A DNA stretch of 63,959 nt, counting the filler, from Octopus bimaculoides (Eukaryota): assembly GCF_001194135.2 (NCBI RefSeq). It is 7 parts of 6 records of this genome, joined end to end, with 100 filler letters (N's around TTAATTAATTAA, not from the genome) between each part and the next. Parts side by side here need not be neighbours in the genome. Positions count along the whole stretch, not along the records: positions 61,835 to 63,959 come from NW_026318752.1; 6 more parts are not named here. One strand, given 5' to 3'. This document shows positions 62,281 through 63,959 of this stretch, piece after piece. The notes beneath the pieces are model-generated. The model was not told where the DNA came from. It saw nothing but the letters and a program-made list of their open reading frames with translations, and ran no database searches. The stretch's first letter is position 1; each line of letters begins with the position of its first letter. Made by a program: the position numbers and the translations under genes.

Positions 62281-63959
62281 ACCAGCTTGAATTGTATAGC
62301 TTTGATTTTGGTTGTTGAATGGAAAGTTGAGCTGGGCGACATTTGAACTTAGAATTCATGTTCTCAGTTTAGATCTCGGATAAAGCACTGCAAGACATTT
62401 TGTCCGACGATTTCCGTCCCGTATGACGATGGGTTTTTCAGTTGTGCAATCAAGAGAAATATGGTTCTCATTGAATCAGAAAAAAAAAGCATGTGAGTGA
62501 GGATTTCATTGAAGCTTTCAATTCTGCGAACGATCCTTACCATTTTACTAGTAATATACTTCGTGTCGTATTAATTGGCAAGACAATTCTTACTGAAAAT
62601 GTCACGGTCGGGATCTTGAGCAGAACCTCAAGGACATATGCATATACTACATATAATCTATCTGTTTCTCTCTCTCTCTCTCTCTCTGTATATATGTGTA
62701 TGTATNNNNNNNNNNNNNNNNNNNNNNNNNNNNNNNNNNNNNNNNNNNNNNNNNNNNNNNNNNNNNNNNNNNNNNNNNNNNNNNNNNNNNNNNNNNNNNN
62801 NNNNNNNNNNNNNNNNNNNNNNNNNNNNNNNNNNNNNNNNNNNNNNNNNNNNNNNNNNNNNNNNNNNNNNNNNNNNNNNNNNNNNNNNNNNNNNNNNNNN
62901 NNNNNNNNNNNNNNNNNNNNNNNNNNNNNNNNNNNNNNNNNNNNNNNNNNNNNNNNNNNNNNNNNNNNNNNNNNNNNNNNNNNNNNNNNNNNNNNNNNNN
63001 NNNNNNNNNNNNNNNNNNNNNNNNNNNNNNNNNNNNNNNNNNNNNNNNNNNNNNNNNNNNNNNNNNNNNNNNNNNNNNNNNNNNNNNNNNNNNNNNNNNN
63101 NNNNNNNNNNNNNNNNNNNNNNNNNNNNNNNNNNNNNNNNNNNNNNNNNNNNNNNNNNNNNNNNNNNNNNNNNNNNNNNNNNNNNNNNNNNNNNNNNNNN
63201 NNNNNNNNNNNNNNNNNNNNNNNNNNNNNNNNNNNNNNNNNNNNNNNNNNNNNNNNNNNNNNNNNNNNNNNNNNNNNNNNNNNNNNNNNNNNNNNNNNNN
63301 NNNNNNNNNNNNNNNNNNNNNNATATATATATATATAAATAAAAACACCATTTCATCTATATATGCATTAACAACATACCTGAATAAATATACAACCTGT
63401 AAATTAAGTAATCTACACACCTACTTATTACTACCTATCATTTTACCTAAAGACATGCTCACCTACTTATTTTCACACACAAACACACACAAAACGATTA
63501 CATATATACATACATACATGCATGCGTATATGCGCGGTATATACACGCTCATGCCTACAAGTACATACCTACTCACCTACTTATCCATATATATATATAT
63601 ATATATAGCGACCTAACCCTGTAACCCACTTACCTACCTACCTACCTACCTACCTACCTACCTACCTACCTATACACACGCATACACGCACATACACACA
63701 CGCATTATATATACCCACCCGCGCACAATGCATACACTCCCCCCATCCCGGTATATACGCCACCCACCAATGATTTTCTTGGTCGTTAAGGCATTGTGAG
63801 AACTCCTCAGTTAGCAGTCGATGGCATATGCATACATACACACACAAATAGTATATGCATGTATATATAATATATATGTATATATATATAATATATAAGT
63901 ATATATATATGTGTATATGTATATATGTGTGTATATATATATATGTGTGTATATATATA

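Noticed and set aside
63760-63820. Minus-strand CUGAGGA...GAAA
   Set aside because: No stem II base pair and no stem III followed by UH.

Overview
Eukaryotic, very AT-rich, gap-riddled draft scaffold with no clear intact host gene. The repeat content (three tRNA-derived SINE families, RTE, R4/Dong-like and L1/Tx1-like LINE relics, several mariner relics, foldback elements, dense TA/CA/GAT/AAT microsatellites) resembles a coleoid cephalopod, probably Octopus; this is inferred from repeat style, not a database result. Most ORFs in the supplied track are microsatellite or N-run artefacts. The most interesting signals are two hammerhead ribozyme folds read by hand. One is a near-canonical type I hammerhead with an extended, bulged stem I at 36511-36578 (+). 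The other is a minimal Penelope-type hammerhead with a palindromic stem III at 24125-24179 (-). A four-copy repeat family carries both hammerhead core words in reversed order and adjoins the second ribozyme. Other notable items: a decayed intron-containing tRNA-Lys(UUU) gene followed by a SINE head and an L1/Tx1-like element, a head-to-head (TTAGGG)n/(CCCTAA)n block, a mariner built from two left ends, a perfect 83-bp inverted repeat, and one candidate host exon. Repeat boundaries were placed by eye and are approximate unless single-base positions are given.
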